Source: Nitrosomonadales bacterium (GTDB lineage: Bacteria > Pseudomonadota > Gammaproteobacteria > Burkholderiales > Gallionellaceae). From it: a stretch of 64,000 nucleotides of DNA. The DNA lies in contig JACRED010000031.1 of NCBI GenBank assembly GCA_016218415.1, forward strand, positions 30,756 through 94,755. Reading direction: 5' to 3'. Of this stretch, positions 12,143-30,928 are shown in pieces (the stretch's first letter is position 1; every line of letters begins with the position of its first letter). The position numbers and the translations under genes are program-made. Below the pieces are notes generated by a model, which saw only the letters and a list, made by a program, of their open reading frames with translations, made no database searches and was not told the DNA's origin.

Positions 12143-12166
12143 ATGTCCAGTCCAAGGGAGCATCCG

Positions 12167-13291
12167 GTGTCGCAAACAAGTCCTGCCATTTTAGTTTTAG
12201 CCGATGGGACAGTGTTTCGCGGAACCGCCATCGGCGCGTCCGGCAGCAGCGTCGGCGAGGTTGTGTTCAATACCTCGATGACCGGCTATCAGGAGATACT
12301 CACAGACCCGTCCTATTGCCGTCAGATCGTCACGCTGACTTACCCGCATATCGGTAACGTCGGATGTAATCCGGAAGATGTGGAGTCGCGGCAAGTGTTT
12401 GCCAGTGGTCTGATCATTCGCGATCTGTCGATGACGGTCAGCAACTTTCGCAGCACGCAATCCCTGCCCGAATACCTCAAGGCCAACAATGTGGTCGCCA
12501 TTGCGGGTATCGATACGCGTAAGCTGACGCGCATCCTGCGCAGCAAGGGCGCGCAGAACGGCTGCATCGCCACCGGCGACGATGTCGAAGCGGCGTTGGC
12601 AGCGGCGCGCGGTTTCGCCGGATTGGCAGGCATGGATCTGGCACAGGTGGTGACTTGCGACAAATCCTACGAATGGAAGCAGCGCGAATGGGAGCTGGGC
12701 GTGGGCTATCCCGACGCGGAGCATACGAAATTCCATGTGGTGGCATACGACTTCGGCGTGAAGCGCAACATCCTGCGCATGCTGGCCGAGCGCGGTTGCC
12801 GTATCACTGTGGTGCCAGCGCAGACCAGCGCGAACGAAGTCCTGGCGATGGAGCCGGATGGGGTATTCCTGTCCAACGGCCCCGGCGATCCCGAGCCTTG
12901 CGATTACGCGATTGCGGCGACGAAGAAATTTATCGAGGTCGGCATCCCCTTGTATGGCATCTGTCTGGGCCACCAGATCATGGGCTTGGCCGTAGGCGCC
13001 AAGACGGTGAAGATGAAGTTCGGCCATCGCGGTGCCAACCACCCGGTGCAGAACACGCAGACCAAGCGAGTGATGATCACCAGCCAGAACCACGGTTTTG
13101 CGGTGGACGCGGCGACGTTGCCGAAGAACACGCGCGTCACGCATATTTCGCTGTTCGATGGCACGCTGCAGGGCTTCGAGTTGACCGATAAGCCCGCGTT
13201 CTGTTTCCAGGGGCACCCCGAGGCGAGCCCCGGGCCGCATGATGTTGCCCCGTTGTTTGATCGCTTCGTGGCGATGATGGAGAAGAAGTAA
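12167..13291 (+). CDS. carA: Carbamoyl-phosphate synthase small subunit (GTG start after GGAG; alternative ATG at 12143)
   Basis: [48 protein letters not shown]. Confidence 0.97.
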   Translation: MSQTSPAILVLADGTVFRGTAIGASGSSVGEVVFNTSMTGYQEILTDPSYCRQIVTLTYPHIGNVGCNPEDVESRQVFASGLIIRDLSMTVSNFRSTQSLPEYLKANNVVAIAGIDTRKLTRILRSKGAQNGCIATGDDVEAALAAARGFAGLAGMDLAQVVTCDKSYEWKQREWELGVGYPDAEHTKFHVVAYDFGVKRNILRMLAERGCRITVVPAQTSANEVLAMEPDGVFLSNGPGDPEPCDYAIAATKKFIEVGIPLYGICLGHQIMGLAVGAKTVKMKFGHRGANHPVQNTQTKRVMITSQNHGFAVDAATLPKNTRVTHISLFDGTLQGFELTDKPAFCFQGHPEASPGPHDVAPLFDRFVAMMEKK

Positions 13292-16519
<3,228 letters not shown>

Positions 16520-16535
16520 GTGTAAGGAAGGTAAT

Positions 16536-17012
16536 ATGAGCAAAGTTCCATTGACCCTGAATGGCGCGGAGATGTTGCGTCAGGAGTTGCATAATCTCAA
16601 GACCGTGGAGCGCCCGTCGGTGATCAACGCGATTTCCGAGGCGCGCGCACAGGGCGACTTGTCGGAAAACGCCGAATACGACGCGGCCAAGGAAAAGCAG
16701 TCCTTTATCGAGGGGCGCATCGTGGAGCTGGAATTCAAGCTGGGCAGCGCGCAGATCATTGATCCGAAGTCGCTGGCGCCCGATGGGCGCTGTGTGTTTG
16801 GGACGACAGTGGTACTCGAAGACGTTAACAACGGCGATGTTGTTACCTACCAGATCGTCGGCGAAGATGAGGCCGACATCCGGAAGCGCAAGATTTCGAT
16901 CGGCTCGCCGATCGCACGCGCGCTGATCGGCAAAAGCAGCGGTGATATCGCCGAAGTTCAGGCGCCGGGCGGTGTGAGGGAATACGAGGTGGTGGAGGTT
17001 CAGTACATCTGA
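16536..17012 (+). CDS. greA: Transcription elongation factor GreA
   Basis: [32 protein letters not shown]. Confidence 0.97.
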   Translation: MSKVPLTLNGAEMLRQELHNLKTVERPSVINAISEARAQGDLSENAEYDAAKEKQSFIEGRIVELEFKLGSAQIIDPKSLAPDGRCVFGTTVVLEDVNNGDVVTYQIVGEDEADIRKRKISIGSPIARALIGKSSGDIAEVQAPGGVREYEVVEVQYI

Positions 17013-17016
17013 AGCT

Positions 17017-17107
17017 GGTGAGTGGGAAGTAGGGAGTGGCGAGTGGGGAAAACCCACTTACTACTGAGGCACGAAGTGCCGCCCCACTTCCCACTAACCA
17101 CTCCCCA
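17017..17107. repeat. Inverted arrays of 7-mer tandem repeats (RAGTRGS / CCCACTY) between convergent greA and yhbY
   Basis: GAGTGGG AAGTAGG GAGTGGC GAGTGGG ... CCCACTT CCCACTA ACCACTC, with an internal GGCAC-GAA-GTGCC hairpin. Confidence 0.75.
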
Positions 17108-17112
17108 TGTTT

Positions 17113-17466
17113 TTAGGTGCGGCTGCCCAACTGCTTCTTGGTTAGCGGTTTCTTGCCCTTGTGGCGGGGCATTTTCTTGAGTTCGATCTGCTGTTTCTCG
17201 GGATTGGGCTGGTAGATTACCAGAATCTTGCCGATGTGCTGTACCGGCGTGGCGTTCAACTGGGCGCATATCGCAGCCAGTATTTCCTCGCGTTGCGGGC
17301 GTTCCGCCATGACGCGTATCTTGATGAGTTCGTGGATTTTCAGGGTCTGCGCGATCTCCTTGAGCACGGACTCGCTCAAGCCCGCATTGCCTATCATCAC
17401 GGTCGGTTTTAACTGGTGCGCGCGGCTTTTCAGTGCGAGGCGTTCGGGTACGGTAAGGGATAACAT
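17113..17466 (-). CDS. yhbY: YhbY/CRM-domain RNA-binding protein
   Basis: LKSRAHQLKPTVMIGNAGL, HELIKIRV, QHIGKILVIY; divergent from rlmE. Confidence 0.92.
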   Translation of the reverse strand: MLSLTVPERLALKSRAHQLKPTVMIGNAGLSESVLKEIAQTLKIHELIKIRVMAERPQREEILAAICAQLNATPVQHIGKILVIYQPNPEKQQIELKKMPRHKGKKPLTKKQLGSRT

Positions 17467-17500
17467 AATGGCCTTTTTGAATAAGGCCGGATTCTAAACG

Positions 17501-18118
17501 ATGAAGCCTTCCAAAACCAGCAAACAATGGATGCGCGAGCATGTAAATGACCCTTTTGTGCAATTGGCCAAAAAGGAAGGTTATCGTTCGCGCGCCGCTT
17601 ACAAGCTGCTTGAAATCGATGCCAAAGACCATCTGTTCAGGCCGGGAGCCGTGGTGGTGGACCTGGGCGCGACCCCGGGCGGTTGGTCGCAGATCGCCGC
17701 GGACAGGGTGGGGCGTGGCGGGAAGGTGATTGCGCTGGACCTGTTACCGCTGGACCCGCTGGCCGGTGTGGATTTCATCCAGGGCGATTTTCGCGACGAG
17801 GCGGTGCTGAAGCAACTGGAGGATTTGCTGCAAGGCAAGCCGGTAGGGCTTGTAATTTCGGATATGGCACCCAATATGAGCGGCATCGCATCGGCCGATC
17901 AGGCGCGCGCGATGCATCTTGCGGAACTGGCGATGGAATTCGCGCTCGAACATCTGGAGCCGCAAGGCAGTTTCCTCGTCAAGGTCTTTCAGGGCGAGGG
18001 TTTCGAGGATTATCTCAAGCTGATGCGCAGCCGCTTTGCCAGGGTGGTGACGCGCAAACCCAAGGCTTCGAGGGATAGGAGCAGCGAACTGTATCTTTTG
18101 GCTGGCGGAAAGAAGTAA
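17501..18118 (+). CDS. rlmE: 23S rRNA Um2552 methyltransferase RlmE (FtsJ)
   Basis: [31 protein letters not shown]. Confidence 0.96.
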   Translation: MKPSKTSKQWMREHVNDPFVQLAKKEGYRSRAAYKLLEIDAKDHLFRPGAVVVDLGATPGGWSQIAADRVGRGGKVIALDLLPLDPLAGVDFIQGDFRDEAVLKQLEDLLQGKPVGLVISDMAPNMSGIASADQARAMHLAELAMEFALEHLEPQGSFLVKVFQGEGFEDYLKLMRSRFARVVTRKPKASRDRSSELYLLAGGKK

Positions 18119-18158
18119 TACATAGTTTAATGACGGCTATCGGCAGCCGTATTGAGGA

Positions 18159-20060
<1,902 letters not shown>

Positions 20061-20066
20061 CTATAC

Positions 20067-20093
20067 ACGGGGGCAGACGCCCCCGTTTCTTTT
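20067..20093 (+). terminator. Terminator-like hairpin between ftsH and folP
   Basis: ACGGGGGC-AGAC-GCCCCCGT followed by TTCTTTT. Confidence 0.65.
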
Positions 20094-20927
20094 ATGGCTT
20101 CCCAGATGTTGCAGTGCGGAAACTTTCAACTCGATTTGTCCAGGCCGCTGGTCATGGGCATCGTCAACGTCACGCCGGATTCGTTCTCCGATGGCGGGCG
20201 TCATGCTTCGACAGCTGCGGCCATCGCACATGCGCATAAATTGATCGAAGAGGGCGCGGACATGCTCGATATCGGCGGCGAATCCACACGCCCGGGTGCG
20301 CAACCGGTCGGCATTAGGGAGGAGCTGGGCCGCGTGTTGCCGGTCATTGAAGGTTTGCGCGGTGCGCCGGTGCCGATCTCGGTGGATACCTGCAAGCGTG
20401 AGGTGATGCAGGCTGCCATTTCCGCCGGTGTGCAGATGGTCAACGATATTAACTCGCTGCAGGATGCCTCTGCGATGCGCGCGGTTGCAGCCGGAAATGT
20501 TGCCGTATGCCTGATGCACAAGCAGGGGACGCCGCAAACCATGCAGCAGCAACCACATTACCAGGATGTGGTCGCGGAAGTGGGGGAGTTTTTGCGCGGT
20601 CGGATAGTTGCAGCCGAAGCGGCAGGGATAGCCCGCAGTCGTATCGTCATCGATCCGGGTTTTGGCTTTGGCAAGACCTTAGAGCATAATCTCGCACTGC
20701 TGCGCGAGTTGAAAAAACTGGCCGGACTCGGTGTGCCGCTCCTGGCAGGTTTGTCGCGCAAGTCGATGCTGGGGGCGTTGACCGGACAGGATGTCGGGCA
20801 TCGACTGCCGGCAAGTCTCGCGGCAGCATTGATTGCATTGCAACGCGGCGCTTCCATTGTGCGCGTGCATGATGTGCGCGAGACGGTGGATGCGCTGAAA
20901 ATCTGGAATGCGGTAAACGAGGAATGA
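20094..20927 (+). CDS. folP: Dihydropteroate synthase
   Basis: [37 protein letters not shown]. Confidence 0.96.
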   Translation: MASQMLQCGNFQLDLSRPLVMGIVNVTPDSFSDGGRHASTAAAIAHAHKLIEEGADMLDIGGESTRPGAQPVGIREELGRVLPVIEGLRGAPVPISVDTCKREVMQAAISAGVQMVNDINSLQDASAMRAVAAGNVAVCLMHKQGTPQTMQQQPHYQDVVAEVGEFLRGRIVAAEAAGIARSRIVIDPGFGFGKTLEHNLALLRELKKLAGLGVPLLAGLSRKSMLGALTGQDVGHRLPASLAAALIALQRGASIVRVHDVRETVDALKIWNAVNEE

Positions 20928-20928
20928 A

Positions 20929-22284
20929 ATGAGCAGAAAATATTTTGGTACCGATGGCGTGCGCGGGCGGGTGGGCGAACATCCCATCACGCCGCAGTTC
21001 GTGATGCATCTGGGTTATGCGGCCGGCAAGGTGCTGGCGAGCGCAGGGGATACGCGCGGCGAGCGTCCGGCGGTGCTGATCGGCAAGGATACGCGCATCT
21101 CGGGCTACATGCTGGAATCGGCGCTGGAGGCGGGATTGATTGCGGCGGGTATCGATGTCTATCTGGCCGGTCCGGTGCCGACGCCCGCGGTGGCCTATCT
21201 GACGCGCGCGTTGCGTCTGCAGGCGGGCATCGTGATTTCCGCGTCGCACAATCCTTTCGATGACAACGGCATCAAATTTTTCTCGGCGCATGGCACGAAG
21301 CTGCCCGATGAAGTCGAGCATGCCATCGAAGCGGCATTGGATGAGCCGATGCACACCAATGCTTCGGATGGACTGGGCAAGGCCAAGCGCCTGGACGATG
21401 CGGTCGGTCGCTATATCGAATTCTGCAAGAGCACTTTTCCCGCCGACCTGGATCTGCGCGGCATGAAGATCGTCGTGGACAGCGCGCATGGCGCGACCTA
21501 CCACATTGCCAGCCACGTGTTCCATGAACTCGGCGCCGATGTGGTGGCCATCGGCGCCCAGCCCGACGGCAAGAACATCAACGACGGTTACGGTGCGACT
21601 GCACCCGCGAATCTGCGCAAGGCAGTCGTGGAGCACAAGGCGGACATCGGCATTGCGCTGGACGGCGATGGCGACCGCCTGATCATGACGGACAGCGCGG
21701 GACAGATCTACGACGGCGACCAATTGATGTACGTGATCGCCAAACATCGCCAAGTGCAAGGAAGGTTGCACGGCGGTGTGGTGGGCACGCTGATGACCAA
21801 CCTCGCATTCGAGCATGCGATGCAGCGGCTCGGCATCCCGTTCAAACGCGCCAAGGTCGGCGACCGCTATGTGATGGAGTTGTTGCAGCAGCAAGGCTGG
21901 CAGCTGGGCGGGGAGAATTCCGGCCATATCATCTGCCTGGACAAACACAGCACCGGCGACGGCATCGTCTCGGCGTTGCAGGTGCTGCATGCGTTGCGCG
22001 CCAACGGACAAAGCCTTGCAGCTGCGGCCGCTGATCTGCGCATGTATCCGCAAATCCTCATCAATGTAAAAGTCACGGGCAAAGCCGCCGGGTTGCTGGA
22101 GCTTCAGGCGGTCAAAAATGCGGTGACGGAGGCTGAACGCGCGCTGAACGGCAAGGGGCGCGTACTGCTGCGTCCGTCCGGCACCGAGCCGCTGCTGCGT
22201 GTGATGGTGGAAGGCGAAGATGGGACACTGGTCAAGCGGAGCGCGGAGCAGATCGCCGAAGTGGTGCGGGCAGCTGCGGCCTAA
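20929..22284 (+). CDS. glmM: Phosphoglucosamine mutase
   Basis: [30 protein letters not shown]. Confidence 0.97.
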   Translation: MSRKYFGTDGVRGRVGEHPITPQFVMHLGYAAGKVLASAGDTRGERPAVLIGKDTRISGYMLESALEAGLIAAGIDVYLAGPVPTPAVAYLTRALRLQAGIVISASHNPFDDNGIKFFSAHGTKLPDEVEHAIEAALDEPMHTNASDGLGKAKRLDDAVGRYIEFCKSTFPADLDLRGMKIVVDSAHGATYHIASHVFHELGADVVAIGAQPDGKNINDGYGATAPANLRKAVVEHKADIGIALDGDGDRLIMTDSAGQIYDGDQLMYVIAKHRQVQGRLHGGVVGTLMTNLAFEHAMQRLGIPFKRAKVGDRYVMELLQQQGWQLGGENSGHIICLDKHSTGDGIVSALQVLHALRANGQSLAAAAADLRMYPQILINVKVTGKAAGLLELQAVKNAVTEAERALNGKGRVLLRPSGTEPLLRVMVEGEDGTLVKRSAEQIAEVVRAAAA

Positions 22285-23222
22285 TCGGCTTCCGCCGGAA
22301 GTTGTCGGCAACCTTGCAGATTTCCCGGTCGCCAGTTCGCTACCGCCCAATTCAATACTTCCTCGACGCTGCCCTGCCGCAACTCGGCAGGCGGTTGCTG
22401 GCGCAGAAATTCCAAAACCTTAACCAGTATTGCGGCTGTATCCTCGGTGGTGATCGCGGGCGCGAGCGTTTGTTTGCTGAGTTTCTCGCCCTGTGCGTTT
22501 ACCGCGACAGGCAGGTGTGCGTAGGCCGGCGTGTACATCTCGAGTAACTGCTGTAAATATATCTGGCGCGGCGTGGAGGCCAGCAGGTCGGCACCGCGCA
22601 CCACGTGGGTGATGTGCTGGAACGCATCGTCCACGACTACCGCGAGCTGGTAGGCGAACAGCCCATCGGCGCGCTTCACGACGAAATCGCCGATCTCGCT
22701 TTCCAGATGCTGAGTCATTCGGCCTTGCAGGGCATCGGTGAATCCAACTTGAGAAGGGGGAAGGGAGGAGGGGGAAGGGTGGAGGTCGGTACGTACTCGC
22801 CAGGCCCTTGCTTCCCTGCCTTGAGGGATGCCGTTGCGACAAGTGCCCGGATAGACCAGACCTTCGATGCCATGCAGCGCCGAATCGGCGATCTCCTTGC
22901 GCGTGCAGCAGCACGGGTACACAGCACCGCTGGCTTGCAGCCTGTGCAACGCTGCTTCATAAGCTGCGGTGCGCTGGCTCTGGTACAGGACAGGCTCATC
23001 GCTGTGCAGTCCGAATGCCTCCAGCGTGCGCAGGATGTCGTCTGCCGCACCCGGCACGCAACGCGGTATGTCGAGGTCTTCCATGCGCACCAGCCAGTTG
23101 CCGTGATGATGTTTCGCATCCAGATAGCTGCCGACGGCGGCGGCCAATGAGCCGAAGTGGAGAGGGCCAGTGGGGGAGGGGGCGAAGCGCCCCCTGTAAG
23201 AATATGCTTCAGGCGGGGACAA
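22281..23222 (-). CDS. gluQ: Glutamyl-Q tRNA(Asp) synthetase (probable TTG start at 23222, overlapping the clpA stop)
   Basis: [37 protein letters not shown]; lacks an anticodon-binding domain. Confidence 0.92.
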   Translation of the reverse strand: MSPPEAYSYRGRFAPSPTGPLHFGSLAAAVGSYLDAKHHHGNWLVRMEDLDIPRCVPGAADDILRTLEAFGLHSDEPVLYQSQRTAAYEAALHRLQASGAVYPCCCTRKEIADSALHGIEGLVYPGTCRNGIPQGREARAWRVRTDLHPSPSSLPPSQVGFTDALQGRMTQHLESEIGDFVVKRADGLFAYQLAVVVDDAFQHITHVVRGADLLASTPRQIYLQQLLEMYTPAYAHLPVAVNAQGEKLSKQTLAPAITTEDTAAILVKVLEFLRQQPPAELRQGSVEEVLNWAVANWRPGNLQGCRQLPAEAD

Positions 23223-25461
23223 CTTCTTCTTCAAACTCCAGCCCCACCTTGCCATCCTTCACGTCCACGGTGACCTTACCGCCGTTCGCCAGTTTGCCGA
23301 ACAGCAGTTCGTCGGCGAGCGCGGAGCGGATGGTGTCCTGAATCAATCTGGCCATCGGGCGGGCGCCCATCAGCGGGTCGAAGCCGTTTTCGGCGAGGTG
23401 ATCCTTGAGCGCGTCGGTGAACACCGCTTCCACTTTCTTCTCGTGCAGTTGCTCTTCGAGTTGCATCAGGAACTTGTCCACGACGCGCAGGATGACTTCC
23501 TTGTCCAGCGAGGCGAAAGAGACGATTGCATCCAGACGGTTGCGGAACTCGGGCGTGAACATCTTCTTGATGTCGAGCAGTTCGTCGCCGACCGATGAGG
23601 TCTTGGTGAAGCCGATCTGCGTCTTGTTCAGGGCTTCGGCACCCGCGTTGGTGGTCATGATGATGACCACGTTGCGGAAGTCGGCCTTGCGTCCGTTGTT
23701 GTCGGTCAGCGTGCCGTGATCCATTACTTGCAGCAGGATGTTGAAGATGTCCGGGTGCGCCTTCTCGATCTCGTCCAGCAGCAGCACGCAATGCGGCTGC
23801 TTGGTGATCGCCTCGGTGAGCAGTCCGCCCTGGTCGAAGCCGACGTAGCCGGGCGGCGCGCCGATCAGGCGCGACACGGCGTGGCGTTCCATGTATTCGG
23901 ACATGTCGAAGCGGTGCAGCGGCATGCCCATCGCATAGGCCAGCTGGCGCGCTACCTCGGTCTTGCCGACGCCGGTGGGACCCGAGAACAAAAAGCTGCC
24001 GATCGGTTTTTGCGGATTGCCGAGGCCGCTGCGGGACATCTTGATCGCGCGCGCCAGCATGTCGATGGCTTTGTCCTGGCCGAACACGGTGGCCTTCAGG
24101 TCGCGGTCGAGGTTTTTCAGCGCGTTGCGGTCGTCGTGCGACACGGTGCGTGTCGGGATGCGCGCAATCTTGGCGATGATCTCCTCGATCTCGTGTTTGC
24201 CTATGGTCTTCTTCTGTTTCGATTTCGGCAGTATGCGCTGTGCGGCACCGGCTTCGTCCAGCACGTCTATGGCTTTATCCGGCAGGTGGCGGTCGTTGAT
24301 GAAGCGCGCGGAAAGCTCTGCTGCGCTGGTGATCGCCGCACCACTGTATTTGACGCTGTGATGTTCCTCGAAGCGCGATTTCAGTCCCTTGAGGATTTCG
24401 ATGGTCTGTTCGACCGACGGTTCGGGCACGTCCACTTTCTGGAAGCGGCGCGACAGCGCGTGATCCTTCTCGAAGATGCCGCGGTATTCCTGATAGGTGG
24501 TTGCGCCTATGCATTTCAATTGTCCGTTCGACAATGCCGGTTTGAGCAGGTTGGAGGCATCCATCGTGCCGCCGGATGCCGCGCCCGCGCCTATCATCGT
24601 GTGGATCTCGTCGATGAACAGGATGGCATGTTCGGCATCGGACAGCTCCTTGAGCACCGCTTTCAGGCGCTGTTCGAAATCACCGCGATATTTGGTGCCT
24701 GCCAGCAGCGCACCCATGTCCAGCGAGTACACATGGGCATTCTTGAGGATTTCCGGTACGTCGTCTTCGACGATGCGCCGCGCCAGGCCCTCGGCGATCG
24801 CTGTCTTGCCGACGCCGGCTTCGCCGACCAGCAGCGGGTTGTTCTTGCGGCGGCGGCACAACGTCTGGATGACGCGCTCCAATTCGATCTCGCGCCCGAT
24901 CAGCGGGTCGATCTTGCCGGCCAAGGCCTGCGCATTCAAATCCAGCGTGTAACTCTTCAGCGCGCCGCCGGCATTTTGATCCTGTTCGGATTCGCTCTCG
25001 GTTTGGGGTTTGGCCGGCGTGCCGGACTGTGTTTTGTCGATGCCGTGGGCGATGTAGTTCACCACATCCAGGCGGGTGACATTGCGCTGGGTGAGGAAAT
25101 ACACCGCATGCGAATCCTTCTCGCCGAACAGGGCGACCAGAATGTTGGCGCCCGTCACTTCCTTCTTGTTGGTGGATTGCACGTGCAGGATGGCGCGCTG
25201 TATGACGCGCTGGAATCCGACCGTGGGTTGGGTGTCGACTTCCTGATCGCCAGGCGTAACCGGGGTATGGGTGGCGATAAAGTCGGTCAGCACCTGGCGC
25301 AACTCCTCGATGTTTACACCACATGCACGCAACACATGGGCGGCGGAAGCGTTGTCCAGCATCGTGAGCAGCAAGTGCTCCACGGTGATGAACTCATGGC
25401 GTTTCTGGCGCGCATCGACGAACGCCAGATGCAGGCTCACTTCCAGTTCCTGTGCAATCAT
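23209..25461 (-). CDS. clpA: ATP-dependent Clp protease ATP-binding subunit ClpA
   Basis: [27 protein letters not shown]; downstream of clpS. Confidence 0.97.
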   Translation of the reverse strand: MIAQELEVSLHLAFVDARQKRHEFITVEHLLLTMLDNASAAHVLRACGVNIEELRQVLTDFIATHTPVTPGDQEVDTQPTVGFQRVIQRAILHVQSTNKKEVTGANILVALFGEKDSHAVYFLTQRNVTRLDVVNYIAHGIDKTQSGTPAKPQTESESEQDQNAGGALKSYTLDLNAQALAGKIDPLIGREIELERVIQTLCRRRKNNPLLVGEAGVGKTAIAEGLARRIVEDDVPEILKNAHVYSLDMGALLAGTKYRGDFEQRLKAVLKELSDAEHAILFIDEIHTMIGAGAASGGTMDASNLLKPALSNGQLKCIGATTYQEYRGIFEKDHALSRRFQKVDVPEPSVEQTIEILKGLKSRFEEHHSVKYSGAAITSAAELSARFINDRHLPDKAIDVLDEAGAAQRILPKSKQKKTIGKHEIEEIIAKIARIPTRTVSHDDRNALKNLDRDLKATVFGQDKAIDMLARAIKMSRSGLGNPQKPIGSFLFSGPTGVGKTEVARQLAYAMGMPLHRFDMSEYMERHAVSRLIGAPPGYVGFDQGGLLTEAITKQPHCVLLLDEIEKAHPDIFNILLQVMDHGTLTDNNGRKADFRNVVIIMTTNAGAEALNKTQIGFTKTSSVGDELLDIKKMFTPEFRNRLDAIVSFASLDKEVILRVVDKFLMQLEEQLHEKKVEAVFTDALKDHLAENGFDPLMGARPMARLIQDTIRSALADELLFGKLANGGKVTVDVKDGKVGLEFEEEVVPA

Positions 25462-25462
25462 T

Positions 25463-25771
25463 TCAGTTTTCCTCCATGCCGCATCGTAACGGATGCCCGT
25501 GTTGTTTTGCAAACTCGCCGACCTGGGCGACCTTGGTTTCGGCAATATCGCGGGCATATACCCCGCACACCGCCGAACCCTCGTTATGTACTTTGAGCAT
25601 GATTTGCAGCGCGCGTTCACGGTCGACTGAAAAAAAGCGCTGCAACACTTCAACCACGAATTCCATAGTAGTGTAATCGTCGTTGAACAGTATCACCTTG
25701 TACATGCGCGGAGGCGCTGTCTTTGCGTGCTCCGGGGCGAGTACTGTACTGCTTCCCTGTTTGTTTGCCAT
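25463..25771 (-). CDS. clpS: Clp adaptor ClpS
   Basis: [25 protein letters not shown]. Confidence 0.96.
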   Translation of the reverse strand: MANKQGSSTVLAPEHAKTAPPRMYKVILFNDDYTTMEFVVEVLQRFFSVDRERALQIMLKVHNEGSAVCGVYARDIAETKVAQVGEFAKQHGHPLRCGMEEN

Positions 25772-26010
25772 AGTTATCCGGTAAGTATTCTGACACTTCT
25801 CCCGCGCACATACTTGATGATTAGCGATGCTTTTTCAAGCCTGTTAAAAATATATTTTATAAACCCCTTGACGGCATCAACTAAACCAGAGTAAAAAGCG
25901 CGCTGGTGTTTGATTCAAAGTATCTGCAGTACTGGTTTTGCCGTGTGCGGTCTTGGATTCAAACAGTTTCGCGGGAGGTTTTCCCGTTTTATAAGTAAGG
26001 AAGAAATCAC

Positions 26011-26214
26011 ATGGCAACTGGTACAGTTAAATGGTTCAACGATGCAAAGGGTTTTGGTTTTATCACTCCCGATGATGGCAGCGAAGACTTGTTCGCGCAC
26101 TTTTCCGCAATCAACATGAGCGGCTTCAAATCGCTCAAAGAAGGCCAGAAGGTTTCCTTCGAAGTGGTACAAGGCCCTAAAGGCAAGCAAGCCTCCAACA
26201 TTCAAGCCGCCTGA
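26011..26214 (+). CDS. Cold-shock protein (CspA/CspD family), divergent from clpS
   Basis: [23 protein letters not shown]. Confidence 0.95.
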   Translation: MATGTVKWFNDAKGFGFITPDDGSEDLFAHFSAINMSGFKSLKEGQKVSFEVVQGPKGKQASNIQAA

Positions 26215-26236
26215 TCAGCGGTTTTTTTGTTGCATT

Positions 26237-26268
26237 AAAAAGCCCGGCGCGAAAGCGCCGGGCTTTTT
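26237..26268. terminator. Bidirectional intrinsic terminator (csp / icd)
   Basis: AAAAAGCCCGGCGC-GAAA-GCGCCGGGCTTTTT. Confidence 0.9.
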
Positions 26269-26290
26269 GTTTGAGGCGAGCCCGTCCGGC

Positions 26291-29101
<2,811 letters not shown>

Positions 29102-29107
29102 CGCGAA

Positions 29108-30652
29108 TCAGCCGCGCCCGCGGCCGCGCGGTGCGCCTGCGGGTGGTTTGCCATGTCCGGCACCGCGCTCGCGGCGTGCGTGCGGCGCGGGCTGGAACAG
29201 GCCTGGCTGCGGCATCGCCTGATGGCGTGCTGCTTCGGACAGCAGTTGTTCGCCTGTCTTTTCCGGTTGTGGCTGGCGCGGTTTGCCCGGTTGGGCGGGG
29301 CGGGGTTGCTGACCATTGCGTACCGTCTGGTCTCTAGGTTGCGGATTGCGCGGTTTCTGGCCCTGCCCATCGCGCGGCTTTTGTCCGTCACGAGCAGGCT
29401 GGGAGCGGGCGGTTGTGTTGCTGTGGCGTTTTTGCCCGTGTTGCGGACGCGGCGGGCGCGGTGCTTCGGCCGGGATGTGGGTCGGCGGCACGAAACTGTC
29501 GATCGCCACTTTCTGGATCTGATGTTTGATCAGACGCTCGATGTTCTTCAGGTGCTGCAGCTCTTCGCTGTCCACCAATGAGATCGCCGCGCCGTTGCTG
29601 CCGGCACGCCCGGTGCGGCCGATGCGGTGCACGTAGTCTTCCGGCACGTTGGGCAGCTCGAAATTTACCACATGGGGCAGCATGTCGATGTCCAGTCCGC
29701 GCGCGGCGATGTCGGTGGCGACCAGTACCGGCAGCGAACCGTCTTTGAATTGCGCCAGCGCCTTGGTGCGCGCCGGCTGGCTCTTGTTGCCGTGTATCGC
29801 GGCGGAAGGGATGCCGTCGGCGACCAGCTTCTCCGCAAGCCGGTTCGCGCCGTGCTTGGTGCGGGTGAACACCAGCACCTGTTTCCAGTCATTGTGCTTG
29901 ATCAGGTGCGAGAGCAGATGGCTCTTCAGCTTCTGGGGAACCAGATGCACGCTCTGCTCAACCAGTTCGGAAGTGGTGTTGCGACGCGCAACTTCGACAA
30001 AACCCGGATTGTGCAGCAGGCCGTCGGCCAGCGTCTTGATCTCGTCCGAGAAAGTCGCCGAGAACAGCAGGTTCTGGCGCTGCTTGGGCAGCAGCGCGAG
30101 GATTTTACGGATGTCGCGGATGAAGCCCATGTCCAGCATACGGTCGGCTTCGTCCAATACGAGAATCTCGACACCGGACAGATCCAGCGTCTTTTGCCCG
30201 ACGTGATCGAGCAGGCGACCGGGCGTCGCGACCAGGATGTCGATCTGGCCGCGCAACGCCTTGATCTGCGGGTTGATGTTCACACCGCCGAACATCACCA
30301 TCGATTTCAGCGGCAGATACTTGCCATAGGTTTGCACCGATTCCTCGACCTGTGCGGCGAGTTCGCGCGTCGGGGTCAGGATCAGGCAGCGAGGTCGGCC
30401 GGGGCGGGAAGTTGCCGCGGGTTTTGCGGTGAGCAGATGCAGGATAGGCAGCGTGAAGCCTGCGGTCTTGCCGGTACCGGTCTGCGCGCCGGCCAGCAGA
30501 TCGCCGCCGGCCAGCACCAGCGGGATCGCCTGTGCCTGGACTGGGGTTGGGCGCGTGTAGCCTGCATCGGCGATGGCATTCAGCAGGGGTTGCGCCAGAT
30601 TCAGGCTGGTGAAAGTGATTTCGTTATTGGACAAACTGTTTTTTTCTGACAA
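29108..30652 (-). CDS. rhlE: DEAD-box RNA helicase (RhlE-like) with a basic disordered C-terminal tail
   Basis: [31 protein letters not shown]. Confidence 0.9.
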   Translation of the reverse strand: MSEKNSLSNNEITFTSLNLAQPLLNAIADAGYTRPTPVQAQAIPLVLAGGDLLAGAQTGTGKTAGFTLPILHLLTAKPAATSRPGRPRCLILTPTRELAAQVEESVQTYGKYLPLKSMVMFGGVNINPQIKALRGQIDILVATPGRLLDHVGQKTLDLSGVEILVLDEADRMLDMGFIRDIRKILALLPKQRQNLLFSATFSDEIKTLADGLLHNPGFVEVARRNTTSELVEQSVHLVPQKLKSHLLSHLIKHNDWKQVLVFTRTKHGANRLAEKLVADGIPSAAIHGNKSQPARTKALAQFKDGSLPVLVATDIAARGLDIDMLPHVVNFELPNVPEDYVHRIGRTGRAGSNGAAISLVDSEELQHLKNIERLIKHQIQKVAIDSFVPPTHIPAEAPRPPRPQHGQKRHSNTTARSQPARDGQKPRDGQGQKPRNPQPRDQTVRNGQQPRPAQPGKPRQPQPEKTGEQLLSEAARHQAMPQPGLFQPAPHARRERGAGHGKPPAGAPRGRGRG

Positions 30653-30862
30653 AGCGGAGCTCCTGCGGCGGCCTGCCGTTCGGGAGGAACGGCACCAATC
30701 GGGGCAGTCGAATTAAGTGATCGGAAAGATCGGGGGTGAACTGGGAACCAGGGCACTGATTGGTAGGGTGCGTGGTGGCCGCATTATACATGCCGTGGAG
30801 CGGCTGAGGTGTGTTATGCCAGTCTGGTGGCGAATGTCCGCCGGATAACCGCAGGGGGCGGT

Positions 30863-30910
30863 GCTGCCCGTCACATTATCAAAGCATCCGAATCCCGAGT
30901 GACGGGCAGC
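30863..30910. terminator. 12 bp perfect inverted repeat downstream of the FGE-like gene (possible terminator)
   Basis: GCTGCCCGTCAC ... GTGACGGGCAGC with a 24 nt loop; no clear T-tract. Confidence 0.4.
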
Positions 30911-30928
30911 GAGTGTGATTAACGGGGG

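Noticed and set aside
25810-25840. sigma32 promoter for clpS-clpA
   Set aside because: CTTGAAA is present on the minus strand, but the -10 element poorly matches CCCCAT.
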